Below, piece after piece: positions 1 to 9,936 of a stretch of DNA of 64,000 nt. The notes under the pieces were generated by a model. That model did not search any database. It was not told where the DNA came from and saw nothing but the letters and a program-made list of their open reading frames with translations. The position numbers and the translations under genes are program-made. The DNA is from an uncultured Bacteroidota bacterium (GTDB lineage Bacteria > Bacteroidota > Ignavibacteria > UBA10030 > UBA8401): assembly GCA_963717445.1 (NCBI GenBank), contig OY970334.1:87219-151218 (forward strand), read 5' to 3'. Position 1 is the stretch's first letter; the number at the start of each line of letters is the position of its first letter.

Positions 1-723
1 AAAGAGACCATATCGTTGGAACAGGGAAAACAAGTACAGGCCTTGGGATATACGATGCGATACATCGGATACCATCCGATTGAACGGGGGAGATTCGCAT
101 TCGACGTGGAGGTAGAGAAAGGCGATCAAAAATTTATTGTCGCCCCGGTGATGTTCAACAATAAGGAGAGCGAAGGGTTGATGAGAAATCCCGATATCAT
201 CAACCTGATGACAAAAGATTTTTATGTTTCGCCCCTTTCGCTTGAAAGCCCTGATACAAAAAACGAACAAGAATTGACGATTGAGAAGGATGAAGTCCAG
301 AAATTCCAGGACATGTCGATTACCTACCTCGGATACAATTTCTCTTCCTCTCCTGAAAAAGGGAATGTTGTCTCGGTATCGCTGGACGTTACACGGGGGA
401 ATAAAACGTTTCACCTTTCACCCGAAATGCACAACGAAAAAGGGAATATAAGCTATGTTCCCGCGACGCTGCCGAACAGCGCCATTTCGTTTACGATAAA
501 AGGCATGGGATTAGGGAACGGAGGGAGAGGGAAATCATCGATTACAATTACTGTCAGCACACCGCTAGCCGAAGGTCAACCTCTGAAGAGCGAAACGTTG
601 ATCGTCGAAGCAAGCATAAAGCCCTTCATTAACCTGGTATGGGTTGGAACGATCACTCTCGTGGTGGGGTTTCTTATTACGATTGTTCGAAGGGGAGGCG
701 AGGCGCGACAAAATAAAGTCTGA
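1..723 (+). CDS. Cytochrome c biogenesis protein CcmF/CcsA-like, C-terminal part (5' truncated by window edge)
   Basis: Open frame from base 1; C-terminal 'VEASIKPFINLVWVGTITLVVGFLI' resembles the CcmF C-terminus; 'NPDI..LMTKDFYVSP' motif. Confidence 0.7.
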   Translation, partial: KETISLEQGKQVQALGYTMRYIGYHPIERGRFAFDVEVEKGDQKFIVAPVMFNNKESEGLMRNPDIINLMTKDFYVSPLSLESPDTKNEQELTIEKDEVQKFQDMSITYLGYNFSSSPEKGNVVSVSLDVTRGNKTFHLSPEMHNEKGNISYVPATLPNSAISFTIKGMGLGNGGRGKSSITITVSTPLAEGQPLKSETLIVEASIKPFINLVWVGTITLVVGFLITIVRRGGEARQNKV

Positions 724-727
724 TCAA

Positions 728-799
728 TTATTTACAGCATTATGCTAAATTTTCATATGCTGCCGAATCCCGCTTAATGTTAACCGCATCGTAGCCGGC
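728..799 (-). pseudogene. Degenerate 24-codon copy of the 3' end of the adjacent HMA gene
   Basis: Translates AGYDAVNIKRDSAAYENLA*CCK* versus AGYDADNVKRDSTAFENLSECCK* at 922-993; colinear at DNA level with an in-frame stop. Confidence 0.85.
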
Positions 800-802
800 G
801 AA

Positions 803-873
803 CATCTCGATCCCAAACTCTCAGACTGTGTGAAAACAAAAGGATTGTCATTCGGGACGTTGGGAACGAGATG
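803..873. repeat. REP-like inverted repeat
   Basis: catctcgatcccaa ... ttgggaacgagatg arms. Confidence 0.6.
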
Positions 874-921
874 AATACTAGGGAGAGAACCACGAAGGAA
901 ATGGCGAGAATAGAATGGAGT

Positions 922-1257
922 TTATTTACAGCACTCCGATAAATTTTCGAATGCAGTTGAATCTCTTTTAACATTATCCGCATCGTAACCGGCCTCGCTA
1001 ATCGCCAATTCAATTTTCCCGACATCCAACTTTGCAGGGATAAACTTCACCGTTGCACTTTTTGCATGGAGGTCGACTTCTGCGCTTTCAACCCCGTCGA
1101 CCGACGCGAGAGCATTTTTGATCGTTCGAACGCAAGTTTTGCATTTCAACGTTGGAAGTTGAATCGTTGCAACGCTGATATTGCTTGAAGCGGGAGGTTT
1201 TCCGCAACCGACCATGATTACACATGCGAATGAAATTCCGATGATCGCGCTCTTCAT
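922..1257 (-). CDS. Heavy-metal-associated (HMA/CopZ/MerP-like) lipoprotein
   Basis: Lipoprotein-like signal ending VGC, LKCKTC metal motif, C-terminal CCK; ATG at 1257 overlaps the upstream stop (TAATG). Confidence 0.85.
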   Translation of the reverse strand: MKSAIIGISFACVIMVGCGKPPASSNISVATIQLPTLKCKTCVRTIKNALASVDGVESAEVDLHAKSATVKFIPAKLDVGKIELAISEAGYDADNVKRDSTAFENLSECCK

Positions 1258-1937
1258 TATATTCTCATCTTCCAATCTTCAACAAGTTTTTCGCTGATGC
1301 GAATTTCGCTCCCTACGACCTCGCTAGGGATCGGGTCCGGTGGATATTTTTGGCACGTCCCGCTGATTCCTTCGAGGTTCGAAAAATTCCAGCGAGTCCC
1401 GCAATTATCGCAGACCAATTCCTGAGATTCAGTATGAAAGCTTTTCGAATTGCACGGCTCGCACATTGCAATAGACGTCACTAACTTCCCCTGCGGGTTG
1501 ATGTATGCCATCAATGCTACCTCTTTAGTCTTCCCCTCGTACGTAAAACCGACCATTTTCTTTTCCATGACATCTGAAAGCGAGATAACGATGTAACCGT
1601 TTTCAACTTTGGATGAAATTGGTATCATCGTTAGTTTGACTCCATCATAACTCTGAGGGCCTGCAATGACCGGTTGATTCTTGATGACAGGATGTTCTCC
1701 GCCAGGAAGGCTTGTTATGAAAACGATCCCCATTCCAATGAGAAGCAGCATCCCAAGGGCGGCGTACGCGGCTTTCGCCTTTACGCCCATCGTTTTTTTC
1801 CCTTCAATATAAGCGGCTGAAGGGAGCGCGTTTTTTGGAGATGTTGCCGGAACGGCAGGTGTCGGGACCTTTGTTCCACAACGCGGGCAAAATAACGCGT
1901 CGCTCTTTAAATCAGCCTCGCATTTGGCACATTTCAT
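1257..1937 (-). CDS. Zinc-ribbon + TM + DUF2318-like Cys-rich (putative Fe-S/metal-binding) protein
   Basis: N-terminal CxxC..CxxC, one TM helix, C-terminal CEPC...LVCDNCG...GTCQKYPP. Confidence 0.75.
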   Translation of the reverse strand: MKCAKCEADLKSDALFCPRCGTKVPTPAVPATSPKNALPSAAYIEGKKTMGVKAKAAYAALGMLLLIGMGIVFITSLPGGEHPVIKNQPVIAGPQSYDGVKLTMIPISSKVENGYIVISLSDVMEKKMVGFTYEGKTKEVALMAYINPQGKLVTSIAMCEPCNSKSFHTESQELVCDNCGTRWNFSNLEGISGTCQKYPPDPIPSEVVGSEIRISEKLVEDWKMRI

Positions 1938-2056
1938 ATCTAGCTATTAAAACTAAATTTTAAAAGATGAACATTTGTGCAGTAATGTTATCAACGAAGG
2001 ATACAACTCCCTTTAGCTCGGGTTGTATTTTAACGTTCACTGGAACCTATTATCCA

Positions 2057-2085
2057 ATAATATAAAACAGAACGTCACAATGCAA
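2057..2085 (-). promoter_or_regulatory. Sigma70-like promoter for the DUF2318-HMA unit
   Basis: Minus strand TTGCAT-N17-TATTAT. Confidence 0.5.
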
Positions 2086-2123
2086 GGGTAAGTTCCTTCT
2101 GGTAGTGTTACAATTTCATGATG

Positions 2124-2520
2124 TTACTTTCTTTCCAAGGAAGAAAGTAACCAAAGAAATCTCTCGAAATCGTAACACACGGATTCAATCCCAGCCGCAC
2201 ATGCCGTCAATTTCGGCGCAGGAGAGCGTCGAATATTGTGGTTTGATGGTCAAGTGCCGAAATTGAAACCCTTCGATTGAATCCTTCCCACCCGCCGACC
2301 TGACGATTTCGATTAATGTTGCAAAAGCTGCATGTGTTGTATCCTCGGAATCGGCAGCAGTGTGGGTGGGGAGGCGATGCGCGCGTTGAGAAAATGGCCG
2401 GCATGTGCAAGGTGGCAAGTGGGAGCCGTTTTCTCTTAGCTATATGCAGGAAAGCATCGCCAGCATTCCGATTCCGAGAAGCTCTCTTTGCTTCTTTCTC
2501 TGGCACCAGAGAAAGAAGGA
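2124..2520. mobile_element. MITE-like ~400-bp foldback element
   Basis: Imperfect terminal inverted repeats, each with an internal hairpin (ttactttctttcc-aa-ggaagaaagtaaccaaaga / tctttgcttctttctctgg-ca-ccagagaaagaag), plus three nested internal stems; no credible ORF. Confidence 0.55.
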
Positions 2521-2680
2521 TGACTTCAAGGCTATTATTCAAAATGAGTCACGACCTGGGTGACGGTAGTGTTACAGTTTGCCTCTTGTACATAGATGTC
2601 GGGCACCTTTTCGAGAAAATCGCAATATGTTAAAATATTTGTCACTGATGTTACGCAACGGTATAGTGAGAATGGTTTTT

Positions 2681-2860
2681 ATGTCGGTCCTACGGAGTTT
2701 GAAGACAGGTGGATCATTCGTTCTACAAATATGTCGTCCCTCCGGGACGATAAACTAATGGACGTTGACAGAAATAACGCCAATTTCCAAAGCTCCGATA
2801 GGAGCGATATGGTTGTAGTAAGGCACAAGGATCTATGTTCAAGCCCCAGAGGGCGACTTA
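2681..2860. repeat. Cluster of four REP-like palindromes, two in each orientation
   Basis: tgtcggtcctacggagtt, tgtcgtccctccgggacg, agctccgataggagcgata, agccccagaggggcgact. Confidence 0.65.
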
Positions 2861-2953
2861 ACATAGGTTTTTGTCCTTTTGCGTAACATGAGTTATTCAG
2901 ATAAATCAAGAAAGTGTACGGTACCTACCTAAACTCCATTTAACTCTCCACGG

Positions 2954-5900
2954 TTAATTTTCCAACAACACTCCCGCTATGCTCGCCTCTTTTCTCAACT
3001 CGTGAGATTTCCAGAGGAAGTATATGACGGGATAGACCGCAAGCTCCATGAGTACGGAGGTGATAACACCGCCAACCATTGGAGCGGCGATTCTTTTCAT
3101 CACATCGGCCCCTATTCCGTTGCTCCACATGATTGGAAGGAGGCCTGCAATGATGACGGAAGCGGTCATGATTTTTGGCCTGACCCGCTTGACCGCGCCA
3201 TGATGAATAGCTTCTTTTAGGTCTTGCAGTCCACGCATCATTCCTTTTTTTCTCCATTCATCGGAGGCCTGGTCGAGATACAAAAGCATAACAACGCCGG
3301 TCTCAGCATCCAACCCGGCCAGTGCGATAATGCCGACCCAGACAGCTACGCTCAGGTTATATCCGAGAAAATAAAGGAACCAGAATGCACCGACAAGGGA
3401 GAACGGTACAGCCAGAAACACAATCGCCACTTTGGGTAAGGATCTCGTGTTCAAATAGATGATCACAAAAATGATGAAGAGGGTTAGTGGAATAATGAGC
3501 ATAAGGTGCTGTTCTGCATGCTGCATATATTCATACTCACCGCTCCACACAATGTTGTAACCGGCTGGTAGTTTTATTTTTTCTGAAACGATCTTTTGCG
3601 CGTTCTGAACATACGTTCCGACATCAATATCTTTAATATCGACATAGACCCATTCGTTGGGTCGAGTGCCTTCACTTCGTATAACCATGGGGCCTTTTCG
3701 TGTCGTGATTGTAGCCAATTCACCAATAGGAATTTGTATGCCGGTCGGCGTGGGAACAAGCACTCGCCGCAGTGCCTCAATATTGTCCCGCAGCTCTCGG
3801 CTGTACCGAAGATTCACAGGATAGCGTTCAAGTCCTTCAACAGTGTTTGTAATACTCATGCCCCCCATAGCTGTTTCAATCACGCTTTCGACATCGTCGA
3901 TAGTAAGTCCGTATCGAGCTGCTTCCTTTCTGTTGATGTCGAAATCAAGGTAGTTGCCGCCAACAGCGCGTTCTGCAAACGCGCTTAATGTTCCTGGAAT
4001 TCCCCGCATTACGGCCTCAACATCCTTCCCCAAATTTTCCAACACGGCAAGATCGGGTCCGGAGATTTTAATCCCTACCGGCGTTTTAATCCCGGTGCTC
4101 AACATATCGGTTCTCGCTTTAATCGGCATTGTCCAGGCATTCGTCACTCCGGGAAATTGAATTGCCCTATCCATTTCATCAATCAGTTTTTGTACATTCA
4201 TTCCGGGACGCCATTCCGATTCCGGTTTAAGGGTGATAATTGTTTCTATCATGTCAAGTCCCGCGGGATCGGTCGCAGTCTCAGCCCGACCAATTTTACC
4301 GAAAACATTTTGCACCTCGGGAAATTGATGAAGTATTTTATCCGTTTGCTGTAAAAGATCTCTTGCCTTGGTAATTGAGATACCGGGCATCGTTGTCGGC
4401 ATATATAAGATGTCTCCTTCGAACAATGGCGGCATAAACTCCGATCCAATCCGGTTGAACGGAATAATGGTTACGCAAATAAGAAAAAGTGCCGCTCCAA
4501 TAATCCATTTGTTGTAACGTATGGCGAAATCGACAACTGGAGAATAGATTCGAATAAGGAATCGATTGATTGGGTTTCGTTCCTCGGGAACAATTTTTCC
4601 CCGTACCCAATATCCCATAAGAATCGGCACTATGGTAATCGAAAGAATTGCCGCTGCTGCCATCGAATATGTCTTGGTAAATGCGAGGGGACGGAACAAA
4701 CGTCCTTCTTGATCTTCCAGCGTGAAGACCGGAATGAACGAGACCGTTATGACGAGCAGGGAATAGAAAAGAGCGGGCCCTACTTCTTTTGAAGCATCGG
4801 CAATAATCTGCCAATGATCCCGCCGCTCTTCGGAAGGTTTTTCATTTTCATACTCAATGTGTTTATGAGCATTTTCGATCATGATAATTGCCGCATCGAC
4901 CATGGCTCCGATAGCGATGGCAATTCCCCCAAGCGACATAATATTGGCATTAATGCCTTGCGATCTCATAACAATAAACGACATCAGAATCGCAGTGGGG
5001 AGCGTAAAGATTGCGACGAAAGCACTTCTGGCATGCAAAAGGAAAATGATACAAACGATTGCTACGATAATGATTTCCTCGATGAGCTTTCCTTTCAATG
5101 TGTCGATGGCCCGTTCAATCAACCCGGAGCGATCATATACCGTCGTTATTTTCACGTCGTCGGGTAAACCTTGTTTAATGTCATTGAGTTTCTTTTTAAC
5201 ATTGTCGATGACTTGAAGGGCGTATTGACCGTACCGCATAACAACAATTCCTCCCACAACTTCTCCCTGACCGTTGCTTTCAACCAATCCTCTCCGCATG
5301 AGCGGACCGATTGTGACATCGGCAATATCTCGTATGTAAACAGGTGTGCCGCTCTTTTTATCCACCATGACTGGAATATTCTTGATATCGTCCAATGATT
5401 TTATATATCCTAAACCCCTCACCATAAATTCCGTTTCTCCCATCTCAATGACTTCTCCTCCCACATCGTTGTTGGAATTCTTTATAGCCATCTCGACCAT
5501 ATTGAGAGGAATGTTATACGCAGAAAGCTTGACGGGGTCCACCGTCACTTGATATTCCTTGACAAAGCCGCCGACGCTGGCAACCTCTGCAACGCCATCC
5601 ACGGAAGAAAGCTCGTACTTCAGGTACCAATCCTGATACGATCGCAGCTCCTGCAATGAACGTTTATCCGACGAAAGGGTGTATTCAAAAACCCAGCCGA
5701 CACCGGTAGCATCAGGACCAAGCGTGGGAACAACATCTTTCGGAAGCCGCTTCTGTGCATAGTTCAAATATTCAAGGACACGGCTCCGTGCCCAATAAAT
5801 GTCTGTTCCATCCTCAAAAATTACATAGACGAGAGAGTACCCAAAGAATGAATATCCACGCACTACTTTAGAACCGGGAACGGAAACCATTGCCGTCGTT

Positions 5901-6106
5901 AAAGGATACGTGACCTGATCCTCGACGATTCGCGGGGACTGTCCCGCATAGTCCGTATAGATGATAACTTGCACATCGCTTAAATCCGGTATTGCGTCGA
6001 TGGGGATATGGAGCATTGAGTAAATTCCCCATCCGATCAGAAAAACGACGGCAAGGATGACAAGAAATTTATTTCGGATCGATGCTTCAATAATTTTGCG
6101 TAACAT
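2954..6106 (-). CDS. cusA: CusA/SilA-type heavy-metal efflux RND permease
   Basis: 1050 aa; DAIPDLSDVQV, GPDATGVGWV, AIGAMVDAAI, WTMPIKARTDML, RVRPKIMT motifs. Confidence 0.93.
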   Translation of the reverse strand: MLRKIIEASIRNKFLVILAVVFLIGWGIYSMLHIPIDAIPDLSDVQVIIYTDYAGQSPRIVEDQVTYPLTTAMVSVPGSKVVRGYSFFGYSLVYVIFEDGTDIYWARSRVLEYLNYAQKRLPKDVVPTLGPDATGVGWVFEYTLSSDKRSLQELRSYQDWYLKYELSSVDGVAEVASVGGFVKEYQVTVDPVKLSAYNIPLNMVEMAIKNSNNDVGGEVIEMGETEFMVRGLGYIKSLDDIKNIPVMVDKKSGTPVYIRDIADVTIGPLMRRGLVESNGQGEVVGGIVVMRYGQYALQVIDNVKKKLNDIKQGLPDDVKITTVYDRSGLIERAIDTLKGKLIEEIIIVAIVCIIFLLHARSAFVAIFTLPTAILMSFIVMRSQGINANIMSLGGIAIAIGAMVDAAIIMIENAHKHIEYENEKPSEERRDHWQIIADASKEVGPALFYSLLVITVSFIPVFTLEDQEGRLFRPLAFTKTYSMAAAAILSITIVPILMGYWVRGKIVPEERNPINRFLIRIYSPVVDFAIRYNKWIIGAALFLICVTIIPFNRIGSEFMPPLFEGDILYMPTTMPGISITKARDLLQQTDKILHQFPEVQNVFGKIGRAETATDPAGLDMIETIITLKPESEWRPGMNVQKLIDEMDRAIQFPGVTNAWTMPIKARTDMLSTGIKTPVGIKISGPDLAVLENLGKDVEAVMRGIPGTLSAFAERAVGGNYLDFDINRKEAARYGLTIDDVESVIETAMGGMSITNTVEGLERYPVNLRYSRELRDNIEALRRVLVPTPTGIQIPIGELATITTRKGPMVIRSEGTRPNEWVYVDIKDIDVGTYVQNAQKIVSEKIKLPAGYNIVWSGEYEYMQHAEQHLMLIIPLTLFIIFVIIYLNTRSLPKVAIVFLAVPFSLVGAFWFLYFLGYNLSVAVWVGIIALAGLDAETGVVMLLYLDQASDEWRKKGMMRGLQDLKEAIHHGAVKRVRPKIMTASVIIAGLLPIMWSNGIGADVMKRIAAPMVGGVITSVLMELAVYPVIYFLWKSHELRKEASIAGVLLEN

Positions 6107-6144
6107 TTTATAATCCTTTGTTCACGATTGGTCGCTAGGCTAGA

Positions 6145-7866
6145 TTAGCGTGTGCCCGCTGTAATATATTTTTGGGGGTCGCGTTTGAATTTTTCCATAT
6201 CATCTAAGCCGCAGAAATAATAGGTTTTACCATTGTAGGCGTATGATATTGATTCATTTGCTTCCATCCCACATACAGGGTCGACAAGTTCATGAGCTTG
6301 TGATGATTCGGTATTATCGTTTTGTGCCAACTCACGGGAAGTGTTCTCATGAGAAGCTTTTGTTTGACTTCCGGCTTTTTTTTGCCAGATTTTTTCTACA
6401 CCTGCCTTATTTCTCTCTTTATCGCTTTTGATAGGTTCATGTTCCGCCCCATTTTTTCCCTTCTTTTCTAACGGCTCAGTTTGCATAATAGACTTTATCG
6501 TGTCACTGTCCGAGTGGCTTCCCATTGAACCGACTGCTGCTTTGAGGTTGCTCTCAGAATCTATAAGAAATTGCGACAATGTAACGATATTTTCCCCAGC
6601 TTTCACTCCCTCAAGAATTTCAACATAACCATCTGCTTCAACTCCCAGCGTAACATCGCGCGGTGAGAAGTATCCGTTACCGAGAGCGACGATAACGATG
6701 TTTCGTTCTCCTGAACGAATGATCGCTTGGTCCGGGACAGTCACGCTTTTAGCCTCTGCGGGTGAAAAGAGATTTACGGTTGCATACATCTCAGGCTTAA
6801 ATTCAATACCGGCGGAATTACGAACCTTGATTCGTACTGTTGCTGTTTTCGTGTCCGTATTTAGGTACGGATACATATAGGCTACTGTTCCCGCAAACTT
6901 CTTCCCCGGAAGATAAGAAAGCTCAATGTCGGCCTTTTGCCCTACGCTGACCCATGGCAATTCGTATTGATAGACATCTGCAAGGATCCAAACAGATGAA
7001 AGGTCGGCAATTTTGTAGAGAGTCATTCCCGATACTATATTCTGCCCCTGGATTACCATTTTATCGGTCACAACGCCGTTTACGGGAGATACAATTGTCA
7101 TTGTCTTTTTTGGCGTCCCTCGTTCTTCGAGTGCTTTGATTTCACTTTCCGGAATGTCCCAATAGAGAAGCCTCTTCTTTGAACTTTGCACAAGTTGTCG
7201 GGCTTCTTTCCGGGCTTCTTCAATGCTGCTGTTTTCTAATTTTTTTTGATATTGGATTGCCTGTAGATATTCTTGCTGTGTTGCAACAAGTTCGGGACTA
7301 TAGATCTCCATCAACGCCTCTCCTTTGTGAACGGCTTGCCCGGTGTAATCAACATAGAGTCGTTCGACATATCCCGTGACCTTCGCGGTTACCGAATATA
7401 TTTTTGTCTCGTCATAATCAATCTTACCTGTTGTACGTATTCTCTTACTGAGGTTCCTTTCTTGAGCGGCCTCGGTCGTCACGCCAATGTTCTGGACGGT
7501 GACCGGGTCGATCTTAATGGCGCTTCCATCGTTTTCACCTTCGTAAACTGGAACGAGCTCCATTCCGCAATTGGGAGCTTTTCCCGGTTTGGCGGATGTA
7601 TACCACGGATGCATTGGGTCTTTGTAATACGCAATTTTTTTGGCGCCCGATTGTTTTGATGACTCTGCATATACAGGGACGAAGTCCATTCCATCGGAGG
7701 CTTTCTTTGGTACAGGGGAAGTGATTTGCGGGTTCATTGGGTCCCGGTAATACAAAATCTTCCGGTTGTTCTGTTCTTCATGCGTGAGAGGCGGGCGAAA
7801 GGCAAGCCATCCTACACCCAGACCCAAAAGAATGCCTATACCGGCTGTGATAATGATCTTCTTCAT
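6145..7866 (-). CDS. cusB: CusB-type RND periplasmic adaptor with two N-terminal heavy-metal-binding repeats and a C-terminal YHS domain
   Basis: YYxDPM(N/H)P...GM repeats, YSPELVATQQEY, DSESNL, DPVCGM..YYFC; start at 7866 supported by AAGGAG SD. Confidence 0.88.
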   Translation of the reverse strand: MKKIIITAGIGILLGLGVGWLAFRPPLTHEEQNNRKILYYRDPMNPQITSPVPKKASDGMDFVPVYAESSKQSGAKKIAYYKDPMHPWYTSAKPGKAPNCGMELVPVYEGENDGSAIKIDPVTVQNIGVTTEAAQERNLSKRIRTTGKIDYDETKIYSVTAKVTGYVERLYVDYTGQAVHKGEALMEIYSPELVATQQEYLQAIQYQKKLENSSIEEARKEARQLVQSSKKRLLYWDIPESEIKALEERGTPKKTMTIVSPVNGVVTDKMVIQGQNIVSGMTLYKIADLSSVWILADVYQYELPWVSVGQKADIELSYLPGKKFAGTVAYMYPYLNTDTKTATVRIKVRNSAGIEFKPEMYATVNLFSPAEAKSVTVPDQAIIRSGERNIVIVALGNGYFSPRDVTLGVEADGYVEILEGVKAGENIVTLSQFLIDSESNLKAAVGSMGSHSDSDTIKSIMQTEPLEKKGKNGAEHEPIKSDKERNKAGVEKIWQKKAGSQTKASHENTSRELAQNDNTESSQAHELVDPVCGMEANESISYAYNGKTYYFCGLDDMEKFKRDPQKYITAGTR

Positions 7867-7891
7867 AATGATAAACTCCTTGTCGATAAAA

Positions 7892-9175
7892 TTACTGAAC
7901 GCTTTCTGAGATATGTGCGATATCCAGCCCAACCGCTTGTTCCAGTTGTGCCTGACTTGACCTGTAGTTCATTACCGCCATGTAGTAATCCAATTCTGCC
8001 GTCAACTGCATGCGATACGCATCGAGAACCATGAGAAATTCAGTTTTGCCTGTTTGATAAACGGAAAGCATTGCCTGCAATGTCTCCTTTGCCTGTGGTA
8101 TTGTCGTATTTTTGTACAAAAGAACGAGGCTCTGATTCGATTCTACTTTTACCAATGCATCTTGAACTTCAAACAATACCATGTTGTTCATGCTGGAGAG
8201 GTCGTTTTCAGCTTTGTCGACATTGAGCTCATTTTCTTGAACCTTGGCCGTATATTTTCCACTCGACCAAAACGCCATCGGGATATTTACGCCGATCATC
8301 GCAGACCAAAAATCGTTTTTTGTATTGGAGATATTTTTGTACATCACGTTCGCCATGATATCCGGATAATATTCCCGTTTTGAAAGTGATAACTCTGCTT
8401 TGTTCATTTCAATCGCAGAGTTCATTTCTTTAAGCTCCGGCCTGTTTTTTAGAGCAATTGGTCCGAGTTGCTCAAATGTCCATTGAGGCAAAGCATTATC
8501 CAAGTCTGGGACGTTACCGAGCGGGGCATTTGTCTTTCTGTTTAAATCCGTGTTGATCATTGATTCAACGACTTTTTTTTCTTTTTGAAGGTTGATTCCC
8601 TCGTTGATGAGCACCGAGAGCTCAGTCTGCGCACGTAAAACATCGGCTTGATTTCCCATCCCCACTTCATATTGCTTGCCGGCAATGTCAACAAACCTCT
8701 TCATCAGGTCTTGGTTGTCCAGGTTGATTTGGATTTTGTGTTGGACAAGGTAAAGTTCGAAGTAAGCAGACTTCACGTCCCGAATAATTTTTTGTTCCAG
8801 AGCTACATATTGCTGTTCGGCCATGTTCGCGCTGCTTTCCGCAGATTTGCCCATGGCGGAAAGTTTTCCGGGAAATGGTATCATTTGTTGAACAAAATAA
8901 TCTGTTTCCATACTATTTTTTAGCGGGTCGGGAAATGATTGGAGAGGAGTCTGATAGAACTCAATGCCAACCTGCGGCGCATCCCACGATGAGCGTTGCT
9001 CGATCTCAGTTTTGGCTGCTGCCATATTGTTTTGGGCGGATTGGAGTTGTGGATTGTTTCGAAGTGCCTCTGCCACAAGGTCATCAAGATTTAACGTCGG
9101 TGAATTTTGTGCTTGAAGCGCAACCGGCGCAGCTAACATTAATGTGATGGCCAGACTTGAAATAATTTTCAGCAT
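7892..9175 (-). CDS. TolC-family outer membrane efflux protein (CusC-like)
   Basis: Signal peptide, AEALRNNPQL, PFPGKL, YQTGKTEFLMVLDA; first structural gene of the RND operon. Confidence 0.9.
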   Translation of the reverse strand: MLKIISSLAITLMLAAPVALQAQNSPTLNLDDLVAEALRNNPQLQSAQNNMAAAKTEIEQRSSWDAPQVGIEFYQTPLQSFPDPLKNSMETDYFVQQMIPFPGKLSAMGKSAESSANMAEQQYVALEQKIIRDVKSAYFELYLVQHKIQINLDNQDLMKRFVDIAGKQYEVGMGNQADVLRAQTELSVLINEGINLQKEKKVVESMINTDLNRKTNAPLGNVPDLDNALPQWTFEQLGPIALKNRPELKEMNSAIEMNKAELSLSKREYYPDIMANVMYKNISNTKNDFWSAMIGVNIPMAFWSSGKYTAKVQENELNVDKAENDLSSMNNMVLFEVQDALVKVESNQSLVLLYKNTTIPQAKETLQAMLSVYQTGKTEFLMVLDAYRMQLTAELDYYMAVMNYRSSQAQLEQAVGLDIAHISESVQ

Positions 9176-9345
9176 TTGCTGAACTCCTTTGTTAATTGAC
9201 CTTTAAAAAATCTGATTATTTTCTCACCGCTTTTCGAGCCAAAGGTAATGGACGATCGCAGATAGAGAACAAGGTTGTGCATTGTTCAAGAAGGAGCGGA
9301 TTACACAGTACGCCCTTCGAGCTTTGCACTAAAAGGAGATGTTAT

Positions 9346-9768
9346 TTAGATAAGAAAAGTGGAGTTAAGGACACACTTCTCCGCCGAAGCCGGGGAGAAA
9401 GTCAGAGAAGGATTAGAGAAATAAACAGGCTGGGTAGTAATAGTTTTTGAAAATGGAAGTTCCTGGAGGGAAAGGAACGATATAATAATTTTTGAAGAAT
9501 GAATTATGCTCTCTTTTTCAAGGAGCGCAATAGTATTGTTCAATCCCCCCACAACGGTGGTTGAATGGCAATCCGGCAAAACTCTGGCTATCGTTGCTTG
9601 CGATTTCGGCCCATCGGCGTTTTCGCATGTATTGGAGCAGCAATCCATTGGATGAGCAGATTCCATCGCACATTGGCGAATGACAGTGGTAAACCCCGAA
9701 TTTGCCCCAAGGAAAAGGACAAGGAGAATCCGTCCAGCAAGAATGCTATGTTTTTGATATAAATTCAT
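9346..9768 (-). CDS. Cys-rich hypothetical protein heading the efflux operon (putative leader/metal-binding protein)
   Basis: Hydrophobic N-terminus, RQCAM...DCC...C...DCH, ends STFLI*. Confidence 0.65.
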   Translation of the reverse strand: MNLYQKHSILAGRILLVLFLGANSGFTTVIRQCAMESAHPMDCCSNTCENADGPKSQATIARVLPDCHSTTVVGGLNNTIALLEKESIIHSSKIIISFLSLQELPFSKTITTQPVYFSNPSLTFSPASAEKCVLNSTFLI

Positions 9769-9936
9769 AACTGTTTGACCCACAATTCTCAACAATCATG
9801 CCATCGAGAGAATTCCTTATTCTCGATGAAAATGAATTCCCTCAATATCGGAAATGAGAATCTTTCTTCGTGAATTTGGAAAGTCAAAAAGCCCAATGCG
9901 CCAAGGTAAGTAGTCGTTTTAGTGCAAAGCAGAAAC

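Noticed and set aside
2185-2909. Several 76-111 aa ORFs on both strands
   Set aside because: They overlap the foldback and REP elements and have no protein-like features, so they are likely spurious.
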